This document shows positions 19,552 to 28,321 of a stretch of 64,000 bases of DNA, one piece after another. Positions within the stretch are counted from its first letter, which is position 1; each line of letters opens with the position of its first letter. The stretch comes from Bacteroidia bacterium (GTDB lineage Bacteria > Bacteroidota > Bacteroidia > AKYH767-A > 2013-40CM-41-45): NCBI GenBank assembly GCA_046330055.1, contig JAXLTM010000004.1, forward strand, positions 2,547-66,546, in the 5' to 3' direction. The notes under the pieces are model-generated. The model saw nothing but the letters and a program-made list of their open reading frames with translations. It was not told the DNA's origin and searched no databases. The position numbers and the translations under genes were made by a program.

Positions 19552-20619
19552 ATGAGTCATCCTGAATCAGAAGGCAAAATAAAAGTCGGAATTACTTGCG
19601 GCGATGTGAATGGCATCGGCATTGAAGTGATCATGAAAACTTTTCTGGATAACAGAATGCATCAGATCTGCACGCCGGTGATCTATGCGAGCAATAAGAT
19701 GATTTCATTGCAAAGAAAGGCTCTTAACCAGAATGAGTTTCAATATCAGACGGTGAAGAACAGTAATGAAGTAATTCTGCGTAAGACGAATGTGATCAAT
19801 TGCTGGGAAGAAGAAGTAAATGTAGAATTCGGAAAAGCTAACGAAGCGAGCGGCAAGTATGCGCTACTCTCTTTGCGTGCTGCTGTTGCTGATTTGAAAG
19901 ACGGGAAAATCGATGTGCTTGTTACTGCTCCGATCAATAAACAAACGATGCATTCGGATTCATACCAGTTCAAAGGTCACACTGAGTATCTGGCTGAAGA
20001 ATTTAAGGCGCAGGAGCATCTGATGTTTTTAGTGAGTGATAATCTGAAAGTAGCAGTAGTGTCAGGACATATTCCCGTGAAAGAAGTAGCAGCTACGCTC
20101 AGCATTGATAAAATTGCACAGAAAGTAAAACTGATCAACTCTTCTCTCAAACGCGACTTTGGTATTCGCAAACCTCGCATTGCCGTTCTTGGTTTGAATC
20201 CGCATGCGGGTGATCAGGGATTGATCGGCAAGGAAGAAAGTGAAATCATCATTCCTGCAATTAAAAAGTGCTTTGATGAAGGTGTTTTTGTTTACGGTCC
20301 ATATCCGGCCGACGGATTTTTCGGATCAGGAACATATTTGAAATTTGATGCCGTGCTTGCCATGTATCATGATCAGGGTCTTGTACCGTTCAAGACGGTG
20401 AGCTTTTCGAATGGCGTAAATTTTACTGCGGGACTACCGATCGTACGTACGTCGCCGGATCATGGAACGGCGTATGACATTGCGGGTAAAGGTGTGGCGA
20501 AAGAAGATTCTTTCCGCGAAGCGATTTATACGGCGATTGATATTCTGCGGAAGCGGGAAGAGTTTGATGAGGTGAATGCGAATCCTTTGGCGTTTTCTAA
20601 GCAATCTTCTGACAGATAA
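19552..20619 (+). CDS. pdxA: 4-hydroxythreonine-4-phosphate dehydrogenase
   Basis: 355 aa with HTEYLA, NPHAGDQG, AMYHDQGL and RTSPDHGTAYDIAGKG motifs. Confidence 0.85.
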   Translation: MSHPESEGKIKVGITCGDVNGIGIEVIMKTFLDNRMHQICTPVIYASNKMISLQRKALNQNEFQYQTVKNSNEVILRKTNVINCWEEEVNVEFGKANEASGKYALLSLRAAVADLKDGKIDVLVTAPINKQTMHSDSYQFKGHTEYLAEEFKAQEHLMFLVSDNLKVAVVSGHIPVKEVAATLSIDKIAQKVKLINSSLKRDFGIRKPRIAVLGLNPHAGDQGLIGKEESEIIIPAIKKCFDEGVFVYGPYPADGFFGSGTYLKFDAVLAMYHDQGLVPFKTVSFSNGVNFTAGLPIVRTSPDHGTAYDIAGKGVAKEDSFREAIYTAIDILRKREEFDEVNANPLAFSKQSSDR

Positions 20620-20624
20620 CTTTT

Positions 20625-20690
20625 GCTCTTTGTGTCTAAAATTTTACCACTTAGACACGAGGCACAGAGAGTCACTTAGAGTGTTTAACA
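20625..20690. repeat. Hairpin element of the cacagag/cttagac word family in a convergent gap
   Basis: gtgtctaa (20631-20638) pairs with ttagacac (20651-20658). Followed by cacagagagtcacttagagtg. Related to the element at 46867-46936. Confidence 0.6.
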
Positions 20691-20698
20691 AAAGGATT

Positions 20699-21598
20699 TT
20701 ACTTACAAAGTACTAATTGCGAAGTTGAATTTCCGACGCGGAGGACGTAGACTCCTTTTGGCAAGTCGGAAAGGTCGATGTGATTTTTGCCGGGGAAGAC
20801 GGTAGTTGAATAAACCAATTGACCGACCGGACTTAACACCTGCAATGTCGACTGGTAAGTGTAATTTGAATTCAACATCACCATTCCGGATGTCGGATTT
20901 GGCGCGAGCTCGAGCGGAGCTTTTTCAGCGACATGATTTATGCCGGACAAGCCGCCGAAACTAACGTCATCGATATATAATCGGCTTCCAAGAGAAGGGT
21001 CGTTCGGATAATCAGCCGTTGAAAATTTTGTAGTGTAATTGAGTGAATAATAAACCACAGGATCGGAAGCAATGTAATTCACAGGTACGGAAACATACGT
21101 GTAATTAGATACTGTTGCCGGAAAAATGAACTGTGCCGTACCGACAACATTACCCATCGTATCATACAAAGCAAGATTCATAGCACCCGAATCACCGTTT
21201 ACCGAAGTGTATTTGTAGTAAAAGTCAATTGAAGTCGGACTTTGGTTGAAAGGAACAAACTCAAGTGATCCCCATGCCATGTACATCGTGTCAGTATCTA
21301 CGCTGGCACTGCCGCTAAAGCCGACGTTAGCCGTATAGTCCCAGGCATTGCTGAGCATCATGGCATAATTGCCGGAATGAGCATCGGTTGTAGGCTCATA
21401 GTAATATTCGCTGTCCCAGGCCATGGAATCGACTGTTGAATTTCCGAGGGAGTCAATCGTGATCATCCAGATGTACACATTTCCCCAATTTCTTAAAGTT
21501 CCGTCGGAATTGAGTGTTTCAAAATCGCCGTTCGGGATCTGAGCCATGGACGAAAAACCGGTAACAAGAAGGGCAAGGATGAGCGAGAGCTTTTTCAT
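20699..21598 (-). CDS. Secreted protein with T9SS (Por) C-terminal sorting domain
   Basis: Start taken at MKKLSLILALLVTGFSSMAQ. The C-terminus LAPNPTSGMVMLN...LSDLPKGVYVLRV is CTD-like. Confidence 0.75.
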   Translation of the reverse strand: MKKLSLILALLVTGFSSMAQIPNGDFETLNSDGTLRNWGNVYIWMITIDSLGNSTVDSMAWDSEYYYEPTTDAHSGNYAMMLSNAWDYTANVGFSGSASVDTDTMYMAWGSLEFVPFNQSPTSIDFYYKYTSVNGDSGAMNLALYDTMGNVVGTAQFIFPATVSNYTYVSVPVNYIASDPVVYYSLNYTTKFSTADYPNDPSLGSRLYIDDVSFGGLSGINHVAEKAPLELAPNPTSGMVMLNSNYTYQSTLQVLSPVGQLVYSTTVFPGKNHIDLSDLPKGVYVLRVGNSTSQLVLCK

Positions 21599-21714
21599 AA
21601 AATTACGTTTTGAGGTTCGACATGTTGTGAAGCTGTAAAAATAGAGCCGACAACCGTCTTTTTGCAAAAATTTCGGGTAGACATCAGGTAGACAAATCTA
21701 CAAATCAGGTCGAT

Positions 21715-23331
21715 TTACTGTAACGAAAGTATAAATTCGGTGAGATTGTCTTCCGTATTGAGCTGAAGTTTCTTTCTCAGCCTGTACCGGGCCGTCTTTA
21801 CGCTGTCAGGTGAAATGTTAAGAATGGCGGCCATTTCCTTGATGGAAAGATTCAATTTGATCAGCGCACAAATCTTCAGATCATTGGGGCTGATATCCGG
21901 ATATGCTGATTTAAGCTTTGCGTAGAAATTACGATTGACGCTTTCAAATTGGGCATTAAAATCGGCCCACTCCTTTTCTTCATTTCTAGCCTTGCCGATA
22001 GTTTTCATCAGCGGATTATCTCTGGTAACATTTTGATCCGACTGAATCTGTTCCTGCAATTCCTGTAACAATTCATTTTTACGAACCATCTGTAGTGTCA
22101 TTGCTGCCAACTGACTTTCCTTGTACTCGATTTCATTTTGTAAATGCTGTTCGCGCAATTTTTTCTGCTCTTCTTTGGTGACGAGCAATTCTTCCTTTGT
22201 TTTCAAAAGAAGCTTGTCGCGATTATGATTTCGGCGAATAAAGTATATAATAGTTGCGCCGATAATTAATAAGAAGGCCAGTGATGACCACAACAAATAG
22301 TTCACCCATTGCGAAACAGCCCTTTCTTCCTGAGCTTGTTTAAGCTGTCGTTCTTTTTCAGCTACATCAAACCGTACTTCGAGCGACTTTTGAATTTTTT
22401 CCTGTTCCCATTTTGTAAGCGAATCACGGGTTTTCAGAATTGATTCTGATGTTTGGTAGGCTGATTTAAAATCACCGACTTGTATATGATAGTTTTTAAT
22501 GGACTCGAGGACTTTTATATAGTATGTCCGGTCAGTCAGCCCTGAAGCGATAGTCAAAGCAGATTGAAAATAATTCCAGGAAGACTTTTTATCGCTTGAA
22601 AATTTCAATTGCCAGTTGCCCAGGCCCAGATTCACATCAGCCAAAGCCTGACGATTTCCTGTTGCTCCGGCAATATTGAGTGCAGAAGTGTACAATTCAA
22701 GGCTCTTGTCTTTATTTCCATTTTCAGCTTCCAGATCACCGACGAATTTCATGGAAACAGGAAGATAAACCGAATCCTTGATTTCAGTGAATAATGTCAA
22801 TGCTTTTCGATAGAAAAATTCCGACGAGTCATTTCTTCCGGTTTCGTGATATGCTTTTCCAAGACTATTATAAGCAACACCAAGATTGTTACTATCTCCT
22901 GTTTGTTCTAAAAGAGGAATAGCCGTTGTAGTCATATTAATAGCCTCTGAATAATTTCCCTGACGGCCTTTGATGGTACTGATCAGTTGCAGGCATCTTG
23001 CACGACCGAGCAAGGCCTTTTCAGGAGAGGATTTGGAAAATTTCTCATATTCTTTCATGGAACGCAGAGCGTAATCCATTCCATCGGCATAGCTGACACT
23101 GTAGGTGCAAATGCCCATGCGGTAGAGCGCTGTGGCAATATTGAAAGTGTCTTTTTCTGTAATGGCTTCTTCATAGGCGCGACCGAAAAGATTCAGTGCT
23201 TTTGTGTCGCTGTCGCGGATGAGCTCCTGCCAGCCGTTTTCCAGCAGTTGGTCGGATGCAGATTTGGCATGTGCGACTAACGTGGTGATTAGAAGAAAAG
23301 AAAGAAGAAAGAAATGCTTTAACGCTTTCAT
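21715..23331 (-). CDS. TPR-repeat, single-TM, LuxR-type HTH transcriptional regulator
   Basis: 538 aa with signal/TPR region, a TM segment (LLWSSLAFLLIIGATIIYFI), a coiled coil, and a C-terminal LuxR HTH (LSIKEMAAILNISPDSVKTARYRLRKKL). Confidence 0.8.
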   Translation of the reverse strand: MKALKHFFLLSFLLITTLVAHAKSASDQLLENGWQELIRDSDTKALNLFGRAYEEAITEKDTFNIATALYRMGICTYSVSYADGMDYALRSMKEYEKFSKSSPEKALLGRARCLQLISTIKGRQGNYSEAINMTTTAIPLLEQTGDSNNLGVAYNSLGKAYHETGRNDSSEFFYRKALTLFTEIKDSVYLPVSMKFVGDLEAENGNKDKSLELYTSALNIAGATGNRQALADVNLGLGNWQLKFSSDKKSSWNYFQSALTIASGLTDRTYYIKVLESIKNYHIQVGDFKSAYQTSESILKTRDSLTKWEQEKIQKSLEVRFDVAEKERQLKQAQEERAVSQWVNYLLWSSLAFLLIIGATIIYFIRRNHNRDKLLLKTKEELLVTKEEQKKLREQHLQNEIEYKESQLAAMTLQMVRKNELLQELQEQIQSDQNVTRDNPLMKTIGKARNEEKEWADFNAQFESVNRNFYAKLKSAYPDISPNDLKICALIKLNLSIKEMAAILNISPDSVKTARYRLRKKLQLNTEDNLTEFILSLQ

Positions 23332-23345
23332 TGATGTGTGTGCGT

Positions 23346-23353
23346 CAAAGATA
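23346..23353 (-). promoter_or_regulatory. Candidate -7 box TATCTTTG
   Basis: Perfect TAnnTTTG match on the minus strand, 15 nt upstream of the ATG at 23331. Confidence 0.45.
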
Positions 23354-23393
23354 GTCGATGCAATGCGAAATGTGATTGTGAAAGCTTAAAATA

Positions 23394-23534
23394 TTTCCCA
23401 CGGAAACTCACGGAAATAAAAATGAAATCACGGAGAGTGGGGTTTCCTGCAGATTAAAGCTGAAAAAAAAATGGACGGCGCAGAAAACAAAACTCTACTA
23501 AGCAACTAAGCAACTAAGCAACTAAGCAACCAAC
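23394..23534. repeat. About 140-bp 3'-flank element, copy 1 (cacgga words plus AAGCAACT array)
   Basis: tttcccacggaaactcacggaaat...aaatcacggagagtggggtttcctgcaga...(ctaagcaa)n. Closely parallels 54137-54260. Abuts the stop of the esterase gene. Confidence 0.75.
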
Positions 23535-24776
23535 TCACTTAACAAGCACGCTTTTGCTGATCACCCCACTGCCGAGTCTTGAGGAGAGTATGTACATTCC
23601 TGCAGGTAAATCTCCGACGGAGAGATGAACGACCCCGGACTGATTCCGGAGATGCAACACCTCCTGGCCTAGTGAATTCATTAAAGAAAGCTCGTTGACG
23701 AATTCATTTCCAAAGTCGATGTACAAATCATTTTGTGCAGGCTGAGGGAAGATTGAAATGTTCTCCTTTGAATTATTTTGAGAGATTGAAGTAGTGAGCG
23801 TATTCGGCAATGGATTCGGATCCGATGGCGTGCAGCCGAGGAAACGATAAAGGAAGTTGCTTACGAAGCGAACAGTCGTATCCATGTAAGCTATATTGCC
23901 ATAATAAGGAACATGATCGGCACCGAAGTACGTGTAGAACTCATTATACACTCCGATGGTGTTGGCATAATTGCAAATGGAATAACTTCCGTCCACTGTC
24001 ATGATCGGGAAAACGCCTAATAAATTAATGACTGCAGTGGCATATGGAACGACCTGATCGTTGGTTCCATGCATGGCAGCAAATGGAATATCGCCGGGAA
24101 CTATATATGCTTTATCACCGAGTGCACCACAGAGATCTACCACTGCATGCACGTTTGAAGCGTAACCCTGATTTCCGCTATTGCCTTCGAGATTACCTAA
24201 AGCATTTGTATCAATTGATGCAGGAATCTCACTCACTTCATTCAGATAGGCAAGATGCAATGCCGTAAATGCACCGGCAGAACTTCCTCCTCCGATGATG
24301 ATGTCCGGATTAATTCGAAATTGATTTGTTGATGCAGCATCTTTTCTAAAAAAACGAACGGCAGCTCTCATATCCTGAGTTGCACGATACACAGCAGCAG
24401 TAGCATTCGCCTGATTGTACGGAAAAGCGATACCCAGACGATAGTTAATAGTAGCACACACATAGCCCCGCTTCGCAAAATGCACACACAAGGAATCCAC
24501 ATCTACGTCATCCTTTGTTCCGCTGAGAAAACTACCACCATGAACCCAAACAATCAGCGGACGTTGTTGCATGGTATCATTTGACGGCTCATACACATCC
24601 ATGGTGAGCGTAAGCGGTTGACCATTGTAATCGTTGTTACTACCGTAAACAATATCTCTCGTTGTGTCAACTGACGAAAACACCTCCGTATCAAAACGAC
24701 CGGAGAAACAGTCGACCTGCTGGGCACTTATGCCGGTGGTAAGGAGTATGAGGATTGGTAGTAGAAGTTTTTTCAT
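23535..24776 (-). CDS. Secreted alpha/beta-hydrolase (esterase/lipase-like) with T9SS C-terminal domain
   Basis: Start taken at MKKLLLPILILLTTGISAQ. Has HGGSF oxyanion motif, GGSSAGA nucleophile elbow, and CTD (IFPQPAQNDLYIDF...LPAGMYIL). The longer ORF start at 24923 reads through repeat arrays. Confidence 0.8.
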   Translation of the reverse strand: MKKLLLPILILLTTGISAQQVDCFSGRFDTEVFSSVDTTRDIVYGSNNDYNGQPLTLTMDVYEPSNDTMQQRPLIVWVHGGSFLSGTKDDVDVDSLCVHFAKRGYVCATINYRLGIAFPYNQANATAAVYRATQDMRAAVRFFRKDAASTNQFRINPDIIIGGGSSAGAFTALHLAYLNEVSEIPASIDTNALGNLEGNSGNQGYASNVHAVVDLCGALGDKAYIVPGDIPFAAMHGTNDQVVPYATAVINLLGVFPIMTVDGSYSICNYANTIGVYNEFYTYFGADHVPYYGNIAYMDTTVRFVSNFLYRFLGCTPSDPNPLPNTLTTSISQNNSKENISIFPQPAQNDLYIDFGNEFVNELSLMNSLGQEVLHLRNQSGVVHLSVGDLPAGMYILSSRLGSGVISKSVLVK

Positions 24777-24780
24777 CGGA

Positions 24781-24891
24781 GGCTTGGTTGCTTGGTTGCT
24801 TAGATGCTTAGTTGCTTGGGTAAATATAGAAGTTTTTTGAAGTGCCGTGGTTGGGGGTTTATTGAATATTGAAAATAGAATATTGAATATT
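24781..24891. repeat. GCTTGGTT/GCTTAG word array plus left remnant of an ATTGAATATT array
   Basis: 24781-24818 reads ggcttggttgcttggttgcttagatgcttagttgcttggg. 24861-24891 reads attgaatattgaaaatagaatattgaatatt, directly abutting the IS end. Confidence 0.85.
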
Positions 24892-24919
24892 TGACCTAGC
24901 CTGAAATAGGTTGACTTTT

Positions 24920-25846
24920 TCAATGGTTGATATTACTATAGTTTTTTTCTTTTTTGCTACTTTTTTCTTTTTTGTTAATAACAGGCGATTCTGTTAGTAT
25001 CGGATGTTTCCATTTAAATATCCTTAATTTGGGGCGTTCTTTCACTGGTAAATTGTTGATACTTTGTTCGTATTGAGCAGGCGTTAGCATACCCAATTCT
25101 CTATGGGGTCTTTGGTGATTATAAAGATATCTAATGGATTTTATTTGACTTTTTAAATTTACTTCTGTTAGTTCCTTCTCGAAAAGGTATTCATACTTGA
25201 GGGTGCCTTGTACTCGCTCAACATAGGCATTTTCCTGTGGCAACTTACACATACTTGGTCTTAGCTTATGCTCTCCAACTATCTTTTTTACTAAGTCACT
25301 AATGTACTGAGTACCCCTGTCAGTATGAAAGATACATCCTTTCACAGATTGATTTTTTCGCTCTGCAACTGCTTCTAACAACGCCCTTCCGGTCTGTATT
25401 GCTTCAAGCGAACGGGAAGTGTACAGCGATAGTAAATAGCGGGAATAAATATCGATAATACTGACACCGTAGTAATTTTTACCCTCTACAGGCAGGTAAA
25501 AAATATCCGATTGCCATGCTTGATTTATTCCATTAATGATTGACCCCTCCAGTAAATTCGGATACACTTCAACCCTTTGTGACCAGGTCGTCTTGATAGT
25601 GTTTCGTTTTATCTTTACTTTAAAACCACTATCAAATCCTATCTGCTCAAAAATATCTCGCCCAACCGGGATCGAATCTTGAGCCATAACGTACATCTTA
25701 CGGCAACTCATCCGTTTGTGGTCTTTTCGGATTACCTGACATGCATCAATGACCTGCTCTCTCACCATTCTCATGTATTGTTTCCTCCGGCGATACTTTA
25801 ACAAGGATTGCTTGGTTAACCCCGCAATCAAATAGAGATCCTTCAT
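24920..25846 (-). CDS. IS3-family transposase OrfB (DDE/rve domain)
   Basis: Catalytic D (WQSDIFY), D (HTDRGTQY) and E (ENAYVER). The frame stays open upstream to the A-run at 25907-25915, allowing a -1 fusion with OrfA. Confidence 0.85.
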   Translation of the reverse strand: MKDLYLIAGLTKQSLLKYRRRKQYMRMVREQVIDACQVIRKDHKRMSCRKMYVMAQDSIPVGRDIFEQIGFDSGFKVKIKRNTIKTTWSQRVEVYPNLLEGSIINGINQAWQSDIFYLPVEGKNYYGVSIIDIYSRYLLSLYTSRSLEAIQTGRALLEAVAERKNQSVKGCIFHTDRGTQYISDLVKKIVGEHKLRPSMCKLPQENAYVERVQGTLKYEYLFEKELTEVNLKSQIKSIRYLYNHQRPHRELGMLTPAQYEQSINNLPVKERPKLRIFKWKHPILTESPVINKKEKSSKKEKNYSNINH

Positions 25847-25860
25847 CTTGTAAGTATGAT

Positions 25861-26283
25861 TTATCCCTTTGAAGAGTCGGAACCATTCGAGCGATTCTTT
25901 GATAAATTTTTTTTTAAGTCAGTCTTGTACTCAGTATTCCCGAAGTCAATAATCCTATTGAGCAGATCAATTTCCATTTGCTTTCTGCCAATGATGGCTT
26001 CCAGCTCTTTGATCTTCTTTTCAAGCTCCCGGCTTTTATAGGCTTCGCTATTATCCTCAACAACCATACGTCGATTTTTCTTTAAATATCGACTAAATTT
26101 ATGAATCCATCCATAAATTGCTTGTTGAGATACCTGCAGTTCATCTGCAGCTTGGCCTACAGAACACTTCCCGGATTCAATGTCACGGACCGTTTGACGA
26201 CGAATTTCCAGACTGAAAATTCGCTGTTGGCGTAGAGAGTAATTTTTTCGTTCTTTGGTTTTCATAGGTCGATTTTTGGTCAA
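25861..26283 (-). CDS. IS3-family transposase OrfA (HTH plus leucine-zipper-like region)
   Basis: 140 aa with an HTH region (VRDIESGKCSVGQAADELQVSQQAIYGWI) and a coiled coil. The A9 run lies near the 3' end. Confidence 0.85.
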   Translation of the reverse strand: MTKNRPMKTKERKNYSLRQQRIFSLEIRRQTVRDIESGKCSVGQAADELQVSQQAIYGWIHKFSRYLKKNRRMVVEDNSEAYKSRELEKKIKELEAIIGRKQMEIDLLNRIIDFGNTEYKTDLKKNLSKNRSNGSDSSKG

Positions 26284-26303
26284 CCTATTTCAGGCACGGA
26301 CAA

Positions 26304-26556
26304 TTGGGCTGAGATGCTGCAATTTTCAATACAAATTAGGTTTTTATTGAATATTGGATGGTGCTTCTACAATTTTCAATACAGCTTAGGATTTTATTGA
26401 ATATTGAAGATTGAATATAGAATATTAAAATCGGTCACCAACTCAATATTCAATTCAATATTCAATTCAATATTCAATTTTCAATATTCAATCTTCAATA
26501 TTCAATCTTCAATATTCAATCTTCAATATTCAATTTTCAATCTTCAATTTTCAATC
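26304..26556. repeat. CAATATT-family repeat field: two 50-bp hairpin units, then a pure array of about 110 bp
   Basis: Units at 26318-26359 and 26368-26409 (caattttcaata...tattgaatattg). The tandem array attcaat / tcttcaat runs 26444-26556. Confidence 0.9.
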
Positions 26557-26558
26557 AC

Positions 26559-26588
26559 AAAAAAGGCCCGTAATTACACGAGCCTTTT
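26559..26588 (-). terminator. Rho-independent terminator of the 26609-28147 gene
   Basis: The sense strand reads aaggctcg-tgtaatta-cgggcctt followed by TTTTTGTG. The stem is 8 bp with one G-U pair and lies 21 nt after the stop. Confidence 0.6.
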
Positions 26589-26608
26589 CCCAAATTCTAT
26601 GTGATGTT

Positions 26609-28147
26609 TTATTGCAGACTGAGTTGCTTGCTTACAACACCTTTTTCAGTAGTGATGCGGACAACATACATTCCGTCGGCAAGAGAGCCGCGGTTGAAGG
26701 TCATGTTATTGGTATGCAGATTAGATTCTTTGCGAACCATTTTACCTGTAACATCAAAAATTTCAACTGAGAGAATTTCTGATCTCACTCCGTCAAGGGC
26801 AACTGTGAACTGATTGGCTGCAGGGTTTGGATACACTGTAGCAATCTTGTTCAGTGATGTTTCATTAATTCCGTCAGGTAAACCGAGGCAATAAACGATA
26901 CGCGGGTTCAGATAATTCTGCATTGTGTCAATGTAAGAAAGTGCTTTTGCTTTTGACATGTCAGGGTTCGTCTGAATACCGTTTACATATGCAGCTGTTC
27001 CGGCAGAACCGGAAAGGCCAACAGCCTGTGCATATACAACAAGTGCAGTCGAGTCATACCATTCCCACGGACCGGCCTGATAACCGTTCACCAGAAGTGG
27101 GTACAAACCGTCTTGTCCGCCGTTGTTCTGATTTGCTGTTTGAGTATAGACATCAGTAAAACCTGCATTGATGAAACAGTTGTTGTTACCAAGTGCATTT
27201 GCTTTGGTGATCACAGTCTGACTTCCGCTTACATCAACTACGAATTGAGGAGGTGTAGTAGGAACGTAAACCGGACCATCACCATATGGAGCAAATGGAT
27301 CTGAAGGAACATGGAAGGCAACCATCGGTACATCACCGGCTTCTAACCAGCTGCTGTCGCCCATTGCACCGCCCATGTTAAACACAAAGCTGATCTTATT
27401 GCTGTATCCAACGTGATTATTCGGATTGTTCAACTGAGGAACACCGCCGTAACCGTCAAAGTCGCCCATCAATGTTTGATTGACATATGAGAATCCGGTC
27501 TGGAAACCATAAGTAGCATTATCACTATTTGACAAAAATTTTGTTAAGCCGATTTCACTCGTTTTATCAAGTGATGCATAAGCCAAAGCGATGTAACCGC
27601 CTGTTCCTTGTCCGCCGATGATGATGGCGTTTGTATCAATACGGAACGGATTTCCATTGGCAGCGCTTTCATACCAGAAGCGAACACAAACTTTCGCATC
27701 CTGAATGGCACGATACACGGCCTGAAGAAGTGTTCCTGTACGTACGTCCTGATCAGGATCAGTAGGTACCCAGCCCTGACGGTAGTCGGCATTTGCAACA
27801 ACATAACCGCGTTTTGCAAACTGACTGCTCATTTCAACAGCAGTACTGTCCATTTTTCCGCCGGTAGGATTTTGATTGAAAACTGCAGGAATGAAACTTC
27901 CGGTATGTAAATAGATGATGAGCGGACGAAGCGGCTCTACATCACCGGTTGGTTCATAGACATCCATTTTCAAATCCTGCGGAGTTGGAGTACCCGTAGG
28001 GAAAATGGTGATGTTGTTACCATACGTAGTGTCGTGTGTTACAGTAACTCCAGAGAACACCTCAGACAGGTAACGCTGTGCAGATAAGAGGTTAGATGAC
28101 AACACAGCCATTGCCACTAAACCCAATTTGAGTAGAGATTTTTTCAT
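26609..28147 (-). CDS. Secreted alpha/beta-hydrolase-fold protein (paralogue of 23535-24776) with T9SS C-terminal domain; nucleophile elbow lacks Ser
   Basis: 512 aa with signal peptide. FAKRGYV and FRI..N.IIIGG blocks align with the paralogue. The elbow reads GGQGTGGY where the paralogue has GGGSSAGAF. CTD is VYPNPAANQFTVAL...LADGMYVVRI. Confidence 0.75.
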   Translation of the reverse strand: MKKSLLKLGLVAMAVLSSNLLSAQRYLSEVFSGVTVTHDTTYGNNITIFPTGTPTPQDLKMDVYEPTGDVEPLRPLIIYLHTGSFIPAVFNQNPTGGKMDSTAVEMSSQFAKRGYVVANADYRQGWVPTDPDQDVRTGTLLQAVYRAIQDAKVCVRFWYESAANGNPFRIDTNAIIIGGQGTGGYIALAYASLDKTSEIGLTKFLSNSDNATYGFQTGFSYVNQTLMGDFDGYGGVPQLNNPNNHVGYSNKISFVFNMGGAMGDSSWLEAGDVPMVAFHVPSDPFAPYGDGPVYVPTTPPQFVVDVSGSQTVITKANALGNNNCFINAGFTDVYTQTANQNNGGQDGLYPLLVNGYQAGPWEWYDSTALVVYAQAVGLSGSAGTAAYVNGIQTNPDMSKAKALSYIDTMQNYLNPRIVYCLGLPDGINETSLNKIATVYPNPAANQFTVALDGVRSEILSVEIFDVTGKMVRKESNLHTNNMTFNRGSLADGMYVVRITTEKGVVSKQLSLQ

Positions 28148-28239
28148 GATTCGTTTTTTGGTCGGGTAAATTTAATGAAAGATATGGTTTCCTTGCAGGA
28201 AGAGGGAAAAAAGTCATTCACGCTTGAATTAGCCTATTA

Positions 28240-28273
28240 ACAAATTAGCTAATTAGCTAATTAGCTAATTTGT
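28240..28273. repeat. Perfect 34-nt palindrome built from AATTAGCT words
   Basis: acaaattagctaattagctaattagctaatttgt equals its reverse complement. It lies 49 nt downstream of the TonB-dependent receptor stop. Confidence 0.9.
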
Positions 28274-28321
28274 TCAAAATTCCGCTGTCTGAATGCTTCG
28301 ACAGATGGTAATGAAAGGCTG

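Larger units (their letters stand above)
24892..26303 (-). mobile_element. IS3-family insertion sequence (1412 bp), apparently intact
   Basis: Termini are TG...CA. There is a 16-bp perfect core inverted repeat (cctgaaataggttgac at 24900-24915, gtcaacctatttcagg at 26280-26295) within about 24-bp imperfect IRs. A 3-bp direct repeat ATT flanks both ends. orfA and orfB are present with an A9 slippery run. Confidence 0.85.

Noticed and set aside
26404-26604. 66-aa ORF (SIFNSIFNSIFNFQYSIFN...)
   Set aside because: It is a translation of the CAATATT tandem array. The low-complexity periodic peptide has no start context.
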